In this document: piece by piece, positions 9,460-19,148 of the stretch | How positions within the stretch are numbered: the stretch's first letter is position 1 | Layout: every line of letters starts with the position of its first letter | Assembly: GCA_949296705.1 (NCBI GenBank) | Contig: CASFOW010000042.1 | Coordinates: forward strand, 25,096-89,095 | Direction: 5' to 3' | DNA length: 64,000 nucleotides | DNA from: an uncultured bacterium | GTDB lineage: Bacteria > Bacillota_I > Bacilli_A > RF39 > UBA660 | The notes under the pieces: model-generated | Database searches by the model: none | What the model was told of the DNA's origin: nothing | What the model saw: the letters and a program-made list of their open reading frames with translations, nothing else | Program-made: the position numbers and the translations under genes

Positions 9460-10263
9460 TTATCCAATTTCTGATGCAGCACCTTCTGCTAACATGTTAA
9501 AGTTTTTACTTTTCGTTACCTTATACTTCTCAATTTCTTCGTCATCTCTCACTTTACGTGCATCGATTACAAATTGTTGTTTCTCAAAAGCGCCAAAATA
9601 TCTAGTACATGTTTTAACAGCAATCAATTCATCATTTTCATTTACATCAATATCATAATCATAGATTGAATTATCGCGCACACTAGCAATATAATCTTTG
9701 ATTTGTTCAGGATTACTCATGCTTCTGTCATTATCTCCTGCATAATCATAGAATCCAATCGCATAAATTTTATAAAGTTCTTCTTTTCCTTCTTTGGTAT
9801 AACTGATATACAAATTATCCTGCGCAAAATCATAATAGGTAAAAGCCATCAAGCCTTCAAAATAATTTAACATGCTCATATCACGAATCGGTGTACTGGA
9901 CACATTAATAATATTATGACCATGTATAACTTCTCTAGTTTCATCGGTATCGTATTCCGAGCTACGCCACGCATAATCAGATATACCATCATCACCATAA
10001 TCAAAGCTATTCAAAACCGCCATATCAATGTTTGTACCTTGTACTTGAATCCAACCAACAGTATAAAAATCTTCATATTTAAATTCTAGGGAATCCTGAG
10101 TTCGATCTTTAAAATTCAAAGTGATACTTGTATCAAACTTACTACCCGTTATACTGAAATAAATAATGGCTATAATTAATACGATAATAACCAAAATGCT
10201 TATTGTAATTAACATTCTCTTTTTTAGATCTAGTCTCTTGTTTTTTGACTTTCTCTTTCTCAT
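9460..10263 (-). CDS. srtB: Class B sortase-family transpeptidase
   Basis: N-terminal signal-anchor. Sequence FYTVGWIQVQGTNIDMAVLNS matches SrtB DIVGWIKLSGTSLNYPVLQG. His motif VIHGHN, Cys motif LIAVKTCTRY (TLxTC-like) and Arg motif FVIDARKV give the His/Cys/Arg catalytic triad in the canonical order. Confidence 0.7.
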   Translation of the reverse strand: MRKRKSKNKRLDLKKRMLITISILVIIVLIIAIIYFSITGSKFDTSITLNFKDRTQDSLEFKYEDFYTVGWIQVQGTNIDMAVLNSFDYGDDGISDYAWRSSEYDTDETREVIHGHNIINVSSTPIRDMSMLNYFEGLMAFTYYDFAQDNLYISYTKEGKEELYKIYAIGFYDYAGDNDRSMSNPEQIKDYIASVRDNSIYDYDIDVNENDELIAVKTCTRYFGAFEKQQFVIDARKVRDDEEIEKYKVTKSKNFNMLAEGAASEIG

Positions 10264-10278
10264 TAGTTATCACTTCCT

Positions 10279-12120
10279 TTACTGCAATAAATATGGATCG
10301 TTCATTGTACCTTTTCCTGATCTTATTTTTAAATTGCCATTCACATGCATCACTACTTTAACTGAAAATTCAGGGAAATTATCATTTGTTAATTCAAATG
10401 ACATTCCTGTTACTACATTCATCATGATTACCATATTTTCTCCTGTAGAACGATCTAAGAATAGTTGAATACGTTGTCCACTATAAGGACTACCACTTAC
10501 ACTAGCAAACAAATCAATCGTTGATGCCAACATCAGTTTTGCTTCTACTTTTTCTGTTTCTAAATCATTATATTTCGTGCTAGGACTATTTGTAATAATC
10601 TCATATTCATAAGGAATAATATTACTGTCATCTAAGTATTCAATATAATCTTCATTAAGTATGTATCCTGGATTATTTTCATCAGTTAAGTTATATTGAT
10701 AATTTGGAATATCAGAAGTAGAGACAGTTAGAACTCTGTTATCACTAATATTTAGTAGCGGATGAGCGCCGATTACTTTAACACTACCGTCTTTCTCTTG
10801 ACCAATAATTCTAAATAATTGTCCTGAATAAGAAATATATTCACCAACCAACCTGTTTTTTATTTCCTCGTGTTCTTCTCCGTACTGATAATCATTTAAT
10901 TTATAAGGATTTTCTTTCGTTCCATCCCCTTCATAAATATAAAGACCATTTTTTATCGTAATGACCGGCTTAATTGGCAAAATATTCAAATTGCTCGTTA
11001 GACTAGCAGTTCTACGCTCAGTAATTATTAAATTTTCATTCTCACGCTTATTGGCAAGCAAATAATAATAATTATTCCAATAATTCATCGAACTGTAACT
11101 ATTTTCTACTGTCTTATAGTATTCGTCTAGGCTAGGTAATCCCACTTTAGCCGTTACTGTCTCACTACAGCTACTATTAATATCATCTACACTATTTACT
11201 GCGCCAACACAATAGGTAGTATCGACTAAATATTTATCTGGATTTGTTAAACTATTGTAGAAAACATTATTTAACCAAGCTTCGACATTAGAATCCTTAT
11301 ATCCAGTACTATCATATCTAAGATTACTGACGACATCTTCACTGATTAATTTTACGTTACCATTTTCATCAACATTGATAATACGCCATAACATACCAGA
11401 AAATTGAACATAGTTGTCTTCTACTTGTCCTTTATAGTAATTGCTTTCATCGGTTTCACTAGCTACTGTTTCTGAAAAATTTCTAGCTACTGTTACCGTT
11501 CTCGTCACTTTGGTTTGATTATGAGTACTATCTTTTACTTTATAGATTACTTCATAACTACCTACTTTACTAGTATCTACTTTACTGGTATCCACAGTTA
11601 CCTTAGAAATATCTATCTCTCCATCTACATTATCAATAACTTTTTTAACCCCTGGATCTTCATAAGTACTATTGTGGCTAATGATCATATTTTCTTCGCC
11701 ATTTAACTCGATTTTTGGTCCTTCGTGGTCGATATCGGATTCATATTTGCCACATTTTAGATAAGTATAATACTGATATTCTCCATCTTCGGTTTGTACT
11801 ACTCTAACCCAGCTTGAAGTATCACATAATTTTTTGGTCTTAGGTACATATAGAGCCTCTACTCTATTTTCTAAAAACATCTTTTCTAGTGAGATTTCTC
11901 TACTTTCTCCCTTACCTGGTAATAATTCTTGACGATACTCATAGTAACGTTTAACCGCATCTAGGAAAATTTGTTCTTCTTGTTTGAAAATTTCAATTTT
12001 TGATAGCCAGAATACCCATAGAAGATATCCAAGCAGGAATAAGAATAAACTAAGCGCAATCAATATTCCTACCGCTTTTAAGTATTTATTTCTTAGAAAC
12101 CAAGCTTTTACTTTTTCCAT
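10279..12120 (-). CDS. Signal-anchored large extracytoplasmic protein (613 aa), function unknown
   Basis: N-terminal TM segment AVGILIALSLFLFLLGYLLWVFWL followed by about 560 aa of predicted extracellular sequence. No recognisable catalytic motifs. Second gene of the operon. Confidence 0.6.
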   Translation of the reverse strand: MEKVKAWFLRNKYLKAVGILIALSLFLFLLGYLLWVFWLSKIEIFKQEEQIFLDAVKRYYEYRQELLPGKGESREISLEKMFLENRVEALYVPKTKKLCDTSSWVRVVQTEDGEYQYYTYLKCGKYESDIDHEGPKIELNGEENMIISHNSTYEDPGVKKVIDNVDGEIDISKVTVDTSKVDTSKVGSYEVIYKVKDSTHNQTKVTRTVTVARNFSETVASETDESNYYKGQVEDNYVQFSGMLWRIINVDENGNVKLISEDVVSNLRYDSTGYKDSNVEAWLNNVFYNSLTNPDKYLVDTTYCVGAVNSVDDINSSCSETVTAKVGLPSLDEYYKTVENSYSSMNYWNNYYYLLANKRENENLIITERRTASLTSNLNILPIKPVITIKNGLYIYEGDGTKENPYKLNDYQYGEEHEEIKNRLVGEYISYSGQLFRIIGQEKDGSVKVIGAHPLLNISDNRVLTVSTSDIPNYQYNLTDENNPGYILNEDYIEYLDDSNIIPYEYEIITNSPSTKYNDLETEKVEAKLMLASTIDLFASVSGSPYSGQRIQLFLDRSTGENMVIMMNVVTGMSFELTNDNFPEFSVKVVMHVNGNLKIRSGKGTMNDPYLLQ

Positions 12121-12123
12121 AAT

Positions 12124-13683
12124 CTATTCTCCTTTTAATTGATAAAAATATTGATAAGTTCTAACTGTAAAGTATAGTTCTATATTAGTCGCATTTACCA
12201 TCTCACTAGGTGCTGCGATAAATAAATGATCTCCACGATAATTCGTTAGTAGATAAGAAATATTCATCTCTTTTGTCTCTCCATTTATGGTATAGCGTAT
12301 CTTTCCATAAGTTTTTAAAAAATCGAGAAAATCCTTTTTGCTTCCTTCTTTTAATTTATATTTTGCGTAGAAAATCACTTGATTTTCTTTACTTTCTAGG
12401 GTCGCCTCATAGATAGGACAAGTTTTAGCATTACATTGTTCATAACGATAATCCATCGCATTCGTTAACGCAAAATTAGATAGGCTAAATGTCCATTCTT
12501 TCTCTAAATTGATAGGAACAGTTAACTCTTCGCCGAGAGAGACATTGGCTTTTTCAATAAATTTACTGATATCTCTTACCTGAACCCGAATTCTTTTGGC
12601 GGCATCATTAAATTTACCAGTTCGATAAGTTAATAAAAAGTTACTGTTTTCTTTTGGGGCATCAATCTCAAAAACAAATAAAATATTTTCACTACTAGAA
12701 GCTTTAATTTTCTTACCACTACTATAAAGCGTACCAATATCATTAAAATATAAATTGAATCTTTCAGAAGGGGTATACTGTTGATTATCTATATATAAGA
12801 AGAAATATTCATTACTGATTGGAACATCACTAGTTTGATCATTGGTAATTTTTACATCCAAGATAAAATAGTATTTACTTTTTGCAATTTGATTTCCGGT
12901 ATAATCACGATTAGTGATATAGGCATTCTCTATTTGGAATTTAAGTCCATTTGCGGATACTGCTTCTCCCATACTGTATACTTTATTGACTACAAAAGCA
13001 TAGTGATAGACATTAAATGAAGCTAATAACACAACCAAAACAATTAAAATACTAATACTAAACTTGTGTTCTAAAAAGGTATATTTTATATAACGAAGAT
13101 TTCTTCTAAAGGCTCTAATATAACGATCTTTATCAAAAGTAATCTCTACTTCTACTTCTTCACGATCTTCGTCGTTAATTTCTGCGAATTCTTTGTCTTC
13201 TCCAAATCCAAATCTCTTTAAGTCTAGACCTATGGAACGGATAAGTAATAATAAAATAGCTGGATAATAGGGAATAGTGACAATAAAAGATAAATCTCGA
13301 ATCGTTAACGCAGATACTAAATCAAACTCCTGTGTTACCGTTATCGTAAAGTAATAATAATGATAAATAAAGAAGGCTAACGTGATAATTGATACACCTA
13401 AGATAAATACATAGGAAATAAATGGTTTATCCTTATATTTTAGTAAATAAGCTAAGATTGCGGAAATAATAGTAATCAGTACAATAGCGCCAATAGAAAA
13501 AATATTTACATAGTTACTTATGGAATCTAATTGACTACTATAAATACCGGTTGCGATATAATCTTTTATGAATTGATATAATTCTAATTCTTTCCATAAA
13601 ACAAAAATAACTAGAGCGAGTAAGACTATATTGATTTTCTTAAAGTTACGAATTAAAAAGGCATATGGCTTTCTTAGAATCAC
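12124..13683 (-). CDS. Polytopic membrane protein with a large C-terminal extracytoplasmic domain (519 aa), function unknown
   Basis: GTG start with RBS AGGAGGGG. About 4 TM helices at the N-terminus, an acidic cytoplasmic loop (EINDEDREEVEVE), a further TM, then a soluble domain of about 300 aa. First gene of the operon. Confidence 0.6.
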   Translation of the reverse strand: MILRKPYAFLIRNFKKINIVLLALVIFVLWKELELYQFIKDYIATGIYSSQLDSISNYVNIFSIGAIVLITIISAILAYLLKYKDKPFISYVFILGVSIITLAFFIYHYYYFTITVTQEFDLVSALTIRDLSFIVTIPYYPAILLLLIRSIGLDLKRFGFGEDKEFAEINDEDREEVEVEITFDKDRYIRAFRRNLRYIKYTFLEHKFSISILIVLVVLLASFNVYHYAFVVNKVYSMGEAVSANGLKFQIENAYITNRDYTGNQIAKSKYYFILDVKITNDQTSDVPISNEYFFLYIDNQQYTPSERFNLYFNDIGTLYSSGKKIKASSSENILFVFEIDAPKENSNFLLTYRTGKFNDAAKRIRVQVRDISKFIEKANVSLGEELTVPINLEKEWTFSLSNFALTNAMDYRYEQCNAKTCPIYEATLESKENQVIFYAKYKLKEGSKKDFLDFLKTYGKIRYTINGETKEMNISYLLTNYRGDHLFIAAPSEMVNATNIELYFTVRTYQYFYQLKGE

Positions 13684-13795
13684 GTTTTTCCCCTCCTACT
13701 CTTCTATTCTTTTTCATTATAACCTATTTTGAATAAAAATAAAAGATTTTTTCCGCGCTTTGTGATATACTTTTTAATTATGAGAGGTAGATGTT
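13684..13795. promoter_or_regulatory. Divergent promoter region between the Tad-like operon (minus) and the thioredoxin-like lipoprotein gene (plus)
   Basis: Plus strand carries an extended -10 TGaTATACT about 30 nt upstream of ATG 13796 with RBS GAGAGGT. Minus strand carries TTTTAT-N17-TATAAT upstream of RBS AGGAGGGG and the GTG start at 13683. Confidence 0.45.
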
Positions 13796-14269
13796 ATGAA
13801 AAAATTTAGTTTTATTATTATCTTAGTTGCTCTTTTATTGGTTAGTGGGTGTTCTAAGAGTTATTTAAAAGAAATTTCTTATGATGAATACAAAAAACTA
13901 TTAGAAGATGAGGAAACTTTTATTTTGGAGGTAATGAGTGATGATTGTACGGCTTGTAAAGATTTTCGTCCGAAATTAAAAGATGTTGCTTCTAGTTACA
14001 AAATTGAAGTAAAGTATATCAATATTGATAAGTTAACTGCTGATCAATACGATGAACTTGCTGTTTCAGCAACGCCTACTGTGATTTTTTATATAGATGG
14101 TGAAGAGGAAACAACAGCCGCAAGAATTGTTGGATCAGTAAAAAGAGAAAAGATTATTTCTAAGTTTAAGGCTAGTGGGTTTATTGAAGATGAGGCTTCA
14201 GATCAATCTAATGAAAAAGATAACTCTGTTGAACAAGACGAGCAACAAGAGAAAAACACTTCAAAATAA
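13796..14269 (+). CDS. Thioredoxin-fold lipoprotein with a CxxC motif
   Basis: Lipobox LLVSGC. CTAC (CxxC) motif in DDCTACKDF, with a Trx-like fold pattern (ATPTVIFYIDGEE). Acidic C-terminal tail. Divergently transcribed from the Tad-like operon. Confidence 0.7.
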   Translation: MKKFSFIIILVALLLVSGCSKSYLKEISYDEYKKLLEDEETFILEVMSDDCTACKDFRPKLKDVASSYKIEVKYINIDKLTADQYDELAVSATPTVIFYIDGEEETTAARIVGSVKREKIISKFKASGFIEDEASDQSNEKDNSVEQDEQQEKNTSK

Positions 14270-14295
14270 AAAAGTAGGATTTCCTACTTAGTTTT
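14268..14295. terminator. Bidirectional rho-independent terminator
   Basis: Hairpin AGTAGGA-TT-TCCTACT, T-run on plus strand (TAGTTTT) and A-run upstream. It lies between convergent genes. Confidence 0.55.
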
Positions 14296-15723
14296 AAATA
14301 AATAATATTCATCAGTACTGAAGAGAAGATCATACTTCTCTTTTTCTTGCTGTAAATATGGGTATAAGACATCATTTGGGGCGACAATAAAGTGAGTAAA
14401 ATGGTAAGTGTTAATAAATTTATCTAGTGATAATTGTCCCTTTTGTAGGTTGTAATACTCCTGAAAGATATCTTTTTGATGATTATTTCGTTTTAAAAAC
14501 ACTTCGGCTCTAGAATCAATATACGTCTTTAAACCTCGGTATTCAACATATCCTCCTTCAGAGAAACCCGTATATAAAATAACTTGGTTCTTATCATAGT
14601 GTGATAATAAGTAATCGATAGTGGTTTTTAATGGATTGGTTAGCTCGTGGGGTAAAAAGATAAGAAGTGTTAGCATTAAACCAAATAGAAAAGTAATTAC
14701 TCGTTGCTGATATGCTGTTTTTTTTATTGTTGATATTGGAAGCTGGGGAAAATGCTCCTTTATACAATAGATTAATGGGAGTAATCCACCTAAAAGAAAG
14801 AAAGCAAAACCCTTGTATGAAGAAAGTGCTAAATAGGTTGTACCCAAAAGCAAGCACAAATATTTTAATTTTATCTTTCTTTTTTTAGAAACTAGATAAA
14901 TTATATAAACAGTTAAAACGACAGTATAAATGATTACTCCCATTCGTGTTGCCAATTGTGGTACTTGCATTTCTTGTACAAGGGCATTGATACTAGTATA
15001 TCCATAAGAGGTGAAAATATAAGTAATGGCAGCGATTCCATAGGGATTAAAAAGGCCTGCTAGAAACATCAATATGATACTAGTGTATAATGGTAGTATT
15101 CTTTTTAATTTTCTTTGCTGATAATCTTGAATGGTCATTTCAATGGTATACGGAAGCAAAAATAGAAATAACATGAACCACATTGAAGCGTGTAAATTGA
15201 TTTCTAAGAGAGACAGTAATGGTAAGAACAACAGATATTGTTTTTTTCTAGTTTGTTGATATTTTTCTAATGTGTAGATTAAAATTAATAGAATTAAGTA
15301 AGTAAAAACTTGAGGACGAGTTTGAATAAAATTCATTAATAATAAGCCATCGACTAAAATAGCAAAGAAAATGGATAAATTACGGCGATTATCACTAATC
15401 ACTAGACATATTTTATACAAAAAATACAAAATAAAAAGATTTATTGTGATAATAAGTAAGGATAATCCAAAGCCACCTAACCAATGATAGACTTCGTAAA
15501 AAATAGTAGCAGCTAGATGTTGTTGCATAACAAAGTCTAATCCTTCATGAATAGTAAAAGGCTCCATATAAGGAATACCATGAGTTACTACATATCTACC
15601 CTGATTAAGTAAAAACCAAATGTCATTATCATAACTAGTACTTACGATAATAGATACGGCAAAAGGAATAAAAAAATAGAGATAGGCATATTTAGTAGGT
15701 AAAGAAAAAAACTTTTTTTTCAT
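14284..15723 (-). CDS. Polytopic membrane protein (479 aa), possibly a GT-C-type glycosyltransferase
   Basis: At least 10 predicted TM helices with a soluble C-terminal domain. The architecture resembles GT-C/YfhO-like enzymes. No diagnostic motif was confirmed. Confidence 0.45.
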   Translation of the reverse strand: MKKKFFSLPTKYAYLYFFIPFAVSIIVSTSYDNDIWFLLNQGRYVVTHGIPYMEPFTIHEGLDFVMQQHLAATIFYEVYHWLGGFGLSLLIITINLFILYFLYKICLVISDNRRNLSIFFAILVDGLLLMNFIQTRPQVFTYLILLILIYTLEKYQQTRKKQYLLFLPLLSLLEINLHASMWFMLFLFLLPYTIEMTIQDYQQRKLKRILPLYTSIILMFLAGLFNPYGIAAITYIFTSYGYTSINALVQEMQVPQLATRMGVIIYTVVLTVYIIYLVSKKRKIKLKYLCLLLGTTYLALSSYKGFAFFLLGGLLPLIYCIKEHFPQLPISTIKKTAYQQRVITFLFGLMLTLLIFLPHELTNPLKTTIDYLLSHYDKNQVILYTGFSEGGYVEYRGLKTYIDSRAEVFLKRNNHQKDIFQEYYNLQKGQLSLDKFINTYHFTHFIVAPNDVLYPYLQQEKEKYDLLFSTDEYYLFKTK

Positions 15724-15733
15724 AAAATTCTCC

Positions 15734-15760
15734 TAAAAAAGAGCTAATGTTTAGCTCTCT
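15734..15760 (-). terminator. Rho-independent terminator downstream of trmL
   Basis: Minus strand reads AGAGCTAA-ACA-TTAGCTCT followed by TTTTTT. Confidence 0.55.
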
Positions 15761-15763
15761 CTT

Positions 15764-16294
15764 TTATTCTGTATCTTCTCGTTCTAGAAAATCGCTTCCC
15801 TTGTGGTGTTCATCTGATGGTTCATCACGAAATAAATCTTTAAAATTTTGTTGTCTTAGTACTTCGTAAACACATATTGCAACACAATTAGATAAGTTCA
15901 ATGCCCGCACATTGGCAGTCATAGGAATACGCATACAATGTTCTAAATCATTCTTTAATACTTCTTTAGGAATTCCGGTTGACTCTTTGCCAAAAATTAA
16001 ATAGATTTCTTTATCTTGATCAGAATAATCAAAGCTAGTATGTGGTTTGTGCCCATAACGAGTGAAATAGTAATAATCACCTGGATTTTTTTCTTTAAAC
16101 TCATCAAAATTCTCATAAACATGATAATCCAACTTATCGATATAATTAACTCCCGATCTTTTTAAATGAGTATCATCCAGCTGAAATCCTAAGGGTTTTA
16201 TCAAGTGTAATTTCGTATCTGTTGCGACACAAGTACGCATAATATTTCCTGTATTAGTAGGAATTTCTGGTTCATATAGTACAACATGAAGCAT
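15764..16294 (-). CDS. trmL: tRNA (cytidine/uridine-2'-O)-methyltransferase TrmL (SpoU family)
   Basis: N-terminus MLHVVLYEPEIPTNTGNIMRTC matches the TrmL hallmark (IxVVLxxPEIPxNTGNIIR). SPOUT family. Confidence 0.8.
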   Translation of the reverse strand: MLHVVLYEPEIPTNTGNIMRTCVATDTKLHLIKPLGFQLDDTHLKRSGVNYIDKLDYHVYENFDEFKEKNPGDYYYFTRYGHKPHTSFDYSDQDKEIYLIFGKESTGIPKEVLKNDLEHCMRIPMTANVRALNLSNCVAICVYEVLRQQNFKDLFRDEPSDEHHKGSDFLEREDTE

Positions 16295-16295
16295 A

Positions 16296-16838
16296 TCAAT
16301 TCACATCCATTATACGTTGTTGATGTTGATCTAGAAACTCAACTGCTTTTTCTTTTGATAACGTTCCGCCAGTACTGACTGTTAAAACATCTAATACTTT
16401 ACCATCTTGAAAAACAACTAATGAAGGATATCCAAGAAGATCAGTATCATAGAACTTATTAAACTCTTTAATGAATTTTGTTATATTAGATTCTTTAGTT
16501 AGGTTTAGATAGGTAATGCTATTTTCTAGTTGTCTTTCTGTAACAACATTTTGAAATTCTTCTTCAAATTTACGACAATTTCGATCATTTACAACCCCGA
16601 CATAAAGAATGGCATTTTCATTTTCTCTAATGTAGTTATATACTTCTTCGGTATTAATTTCTTGTACTAATACATTTCCAATAATTGGGGTATTCAATTG
16701 ATAGTTAATACCACTTAAATACCAATTTCTAAGTAAGAGAATAGCAAATATCGTTACAACAAAAATTAAAGCGATTTTGATGTAGCCACCTATGTTATTT
16801 TTATTATTACTACTCTTATTTTTAGTATTTTTTTTCAT
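16296..16838 (-). CDS. Membrane-anchored thioredoxin-fold-like protein without CxxC
   Basis: Lys/Asn-rich N-terminus, then a TM segment and a soluble domain ending ...PSLVVFQDGKVLDV. Single Cys only. Confidence 0.4.
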   Translation of the reverse strand: MKKNTKNKSSNNKNNIGGYIKIALIFVVTIFAILLLRNWYLSGINYQLNTPIIGNVLVQEINTEEVYNYIRENENAILYVGVVNDRNCRKFEEEFQNVVTERQLENSITYLNLTKESNITKFIKEFNKFYDTDLLGYPSLVVFQDGKVLDVLTVSTGGTLSKEKAVEFLDQHQQRIMDVN

Positions 16839-16868
16839 AATCTCACCTATCCTTATGAATTTATTTTA

Positions 16869-19148
16869 TCATACTTGTGGTAATTTGATAAGACGATTTT
16901 GGTATTTTTTTATGATATCCCGGGTTTGAGAAGCACTTTCATCAAAAAATTCCAAACGAAAAGTTCTAATCTTCATTGCATATAGATTTTCGATATTACG
17001 TTCTACTAGTTTATAGTAAAAAAGATGGGTACAATTTTCTTCTTCAATTAACGGATATTTCTCATGATTGCGGTCAACTAAATAGTATTTTTTCGCATTA
17101 GGCGTAGATGGAAGTGATGATGTAGCTTTCAAGTGTGAAATCGGATGATACTTCATAATCATTGCTTCTATTCTACCATAAACAATCACTTCTAATTGGT
17201 TGCTATCTACTTTTGAATTCGTGATTGCTTCAATATCCTCATCCTTACACTCAATAGAAAGGGTTACTCGTTTTAAACCTTGGCTAATTAGATAATCTAC
17301 ACTCTTGGCATTAGTAACATTCAAAAAATAATCACCAATTACTTCAGTAATTTCATGCTCTTTAGCAAGGATTATAGAGCCAGTTTCTCCTATCAACAGA
17401 CGTTTTGGTGTAGGTGATGGCATAACAGGATTTAATCTACTTAATCGTAAATATAAGTTCGGAAGATGGCTGTATTTCTGGTATAGTTTTTCATCTGTTA
17501 CATAAATGATAGGAATATTTTCTTCTAAGCAAACTTGTAATTGTTTTTCGGTTCGTACTAAAGCATGAAGGCATGGCGAAATTGGGTTGGATTTTACTAA
17601 AGGATAATCTTGGCTTTGATTAATGATTACTTGCTTTTTCTTATTACGTCTAACTTCTTCTAGTTCTCTACAAAGTAAACGCCTAAGTTCATTTAATTCT
17701 TTTATTGGAATAAAGATGTTAGAGTCAATTTCTTTCTTTATTTCAGTAACGGTAAACAAAGTAGACCCCATTTTAGTTAATTGTTCAATAATCCGTTCTT
17801 CTGAGGTTGGGTTTTTTACTGCATTTTCGACAATTTTCTCCGCCTTTTCTACTAGATTTTCTTGATCACATAAACTAACTTGTAATAGTCCTGTTTCTCT
17901 CGAGGCAGAGACGGTTAAAGCAATAGGAATTTTTTTTAATGAATAGTTTTTTAGTTCTTCCTCTAGTTGATGATCAATGGTTTTTCGAACGCTCCCGCCA
18001 CTTTTTTCCAAGCCAATTTTATTGTCGACTTCAACGATAGTTCCCTGCTTAGCATGGTGTTGAAGTAGTCCCTTTTGATCATAGATATAATTTACAATCA
18101 TACCCTTATTCTCTGGCATGAATCGAATTCCATCTTCTTGACTTAATTCTTCTTCTAGTTTTATTTTTATTCTTTTCTTGGTGACAGAAAGAACTTGTCC
18201 AAGAAAAATTCCGTGATGATTAGGACTTTTATTATTCATTAAATCCTTATCAGCCTCTTCAAAAAGATAGCCTTTCGTAAATTCACGATTAAATAAAGAA
18301 TAGAGATTTTTGATTTGTTTGGGAGTTAAATATGGTTTTTCATTGTTGGAGATTTGATCCATCATTTGACGATAAAGTCTAGTAATATAGCCGATTGTAG
18401 TAGGACTTTTCATCCTTCCTTCAATTTTAAAGCTGGTAATTGAAGAAGCCATTAATTTTTCCATATTATTTAACTCGTTTAATTCTTTAGGGCTTAAAAG
18501 ATACTTTCCAGAAGTTGGAACTTTACTTTCTTCTTCATATAAGGAAAATGGTAAACGACAAATTCCTGCACAGCTACCCCGATTCCCACTTCTATCTAAT
18601 AATAAACTACTAAATAAGCATTCGCCTGAATAACAGATACAAAGCGCTCCATGAACGAATACCTCTAATTCAAGATCTGTTGTTTTAGCTAAGTCTTCAA
18701 TTTCTTTTAACGATAATTCTCTAGCTAAAACTACTCTAGTTATTCCCAATTCTTTTAATAGTTTTAATTGATTACTATTATGATTATGCATCTGTGTCGA
18801 AGCATGAATCTCTAAATTGGGAAAGCGTTCATGGACAACACTAATTAATCCTAAATCTTGCATAATTAATGCATCTACACCATTTCGATAAAGGAACTCT
18901 ATGTAGTCTAAAACTTCTTTCATTTCATGTTCGTAAACTAAAGTGTTTACAGTAATATAAATTTTTACTCCATATAGATGACAATAGGAAATAGCTTCTT
19001 TTAATTCCTTCTCATTGAAATTTGGTGCGAATGATCGTGCACCGAATTTCTTTCCTCCTAAATAAACGGCATCACAACCATTATGAATCGCTTGTTTTAA
19101 TGTTTCAAAATCGCCAGCTGGGGCAAGTAATTCTTTTTTTGTTTTCAT
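16869..19148 (-). CDS. Peptidase U32 family protein (long form)
   Basis: N-terminus KELLAPAGDFETLKQAIHNGCDAVYLGG...FGAR plus the conserved Cys cluster CICYSGECLFSS. 759 aa. Confidence 0.85.
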   Translation of the reverse strand: MKTKKELLAPAGDFETLKQAIHNGCDAVYLGGKKFGARSFAPNFNEKELKEAISYCHLYGVKIYITVNTLVYEHEMKEVLDYIEFLYRNGVDALIMQDLGLISVVHERFPNLEIHASTQMHNHNSNQLKLLKELGITRVVLARELSLKEIEDLAKTTDLELEVFVHGALCICYSGECLFSSLLLDRSGNRGSCAGICRLPFSLYEEESKVPTSGKYLLSPKELNELNNMEKLMASSITSFKIEGRMKSPTTIGYITRLYRQMMDQISNNEKPYLTPKQIKNLYSLFNREFTKGYLFEEADKDLMNNKSPNHHGIFLGQVLSVTKKRIKIKLEEELSQEDGIRFMPENKGMIVNYIYDQKGLLQHHAKQGTIVEVDNKIGLEKSGGSVRKTIDHQLEEELKNYSLKKIPIALTVSASRETGLLQVSLCDQENLVEKAEKIVENAVKNPTSEERIIEQLTKMGSTLFTVTEIKKEIDSNIFIPIKELNELRRLLCRELEEVRRNKKKQVIINQSQDYPLVKSNPISPCLHALVRTEKQLQVCLEENIPIIYVTDEKLYQKYSHLPNLYLRLSRLNPVMPSPTPKRLLIGETGSIILAKEHEITEVIGDYFLNVTNAKSVDYLISQGLKRVTLSIECKDEDIEAITNSKVDSNQLEVIVYGRIEAMIMKYHPISHLKATSSLPSTPNAKKYYLVDRNHEKYPLIEEENCTHLFYYKLVERNIENLYAMKIRTFRLEFFDESASQTRDIIKKYQNRLIKLPQV

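Noticed and set aside
14594-14857. 87-aa minus-strand ORF
   Set aside because: Alternative frame inside the 479-aa membrane-protein gene.
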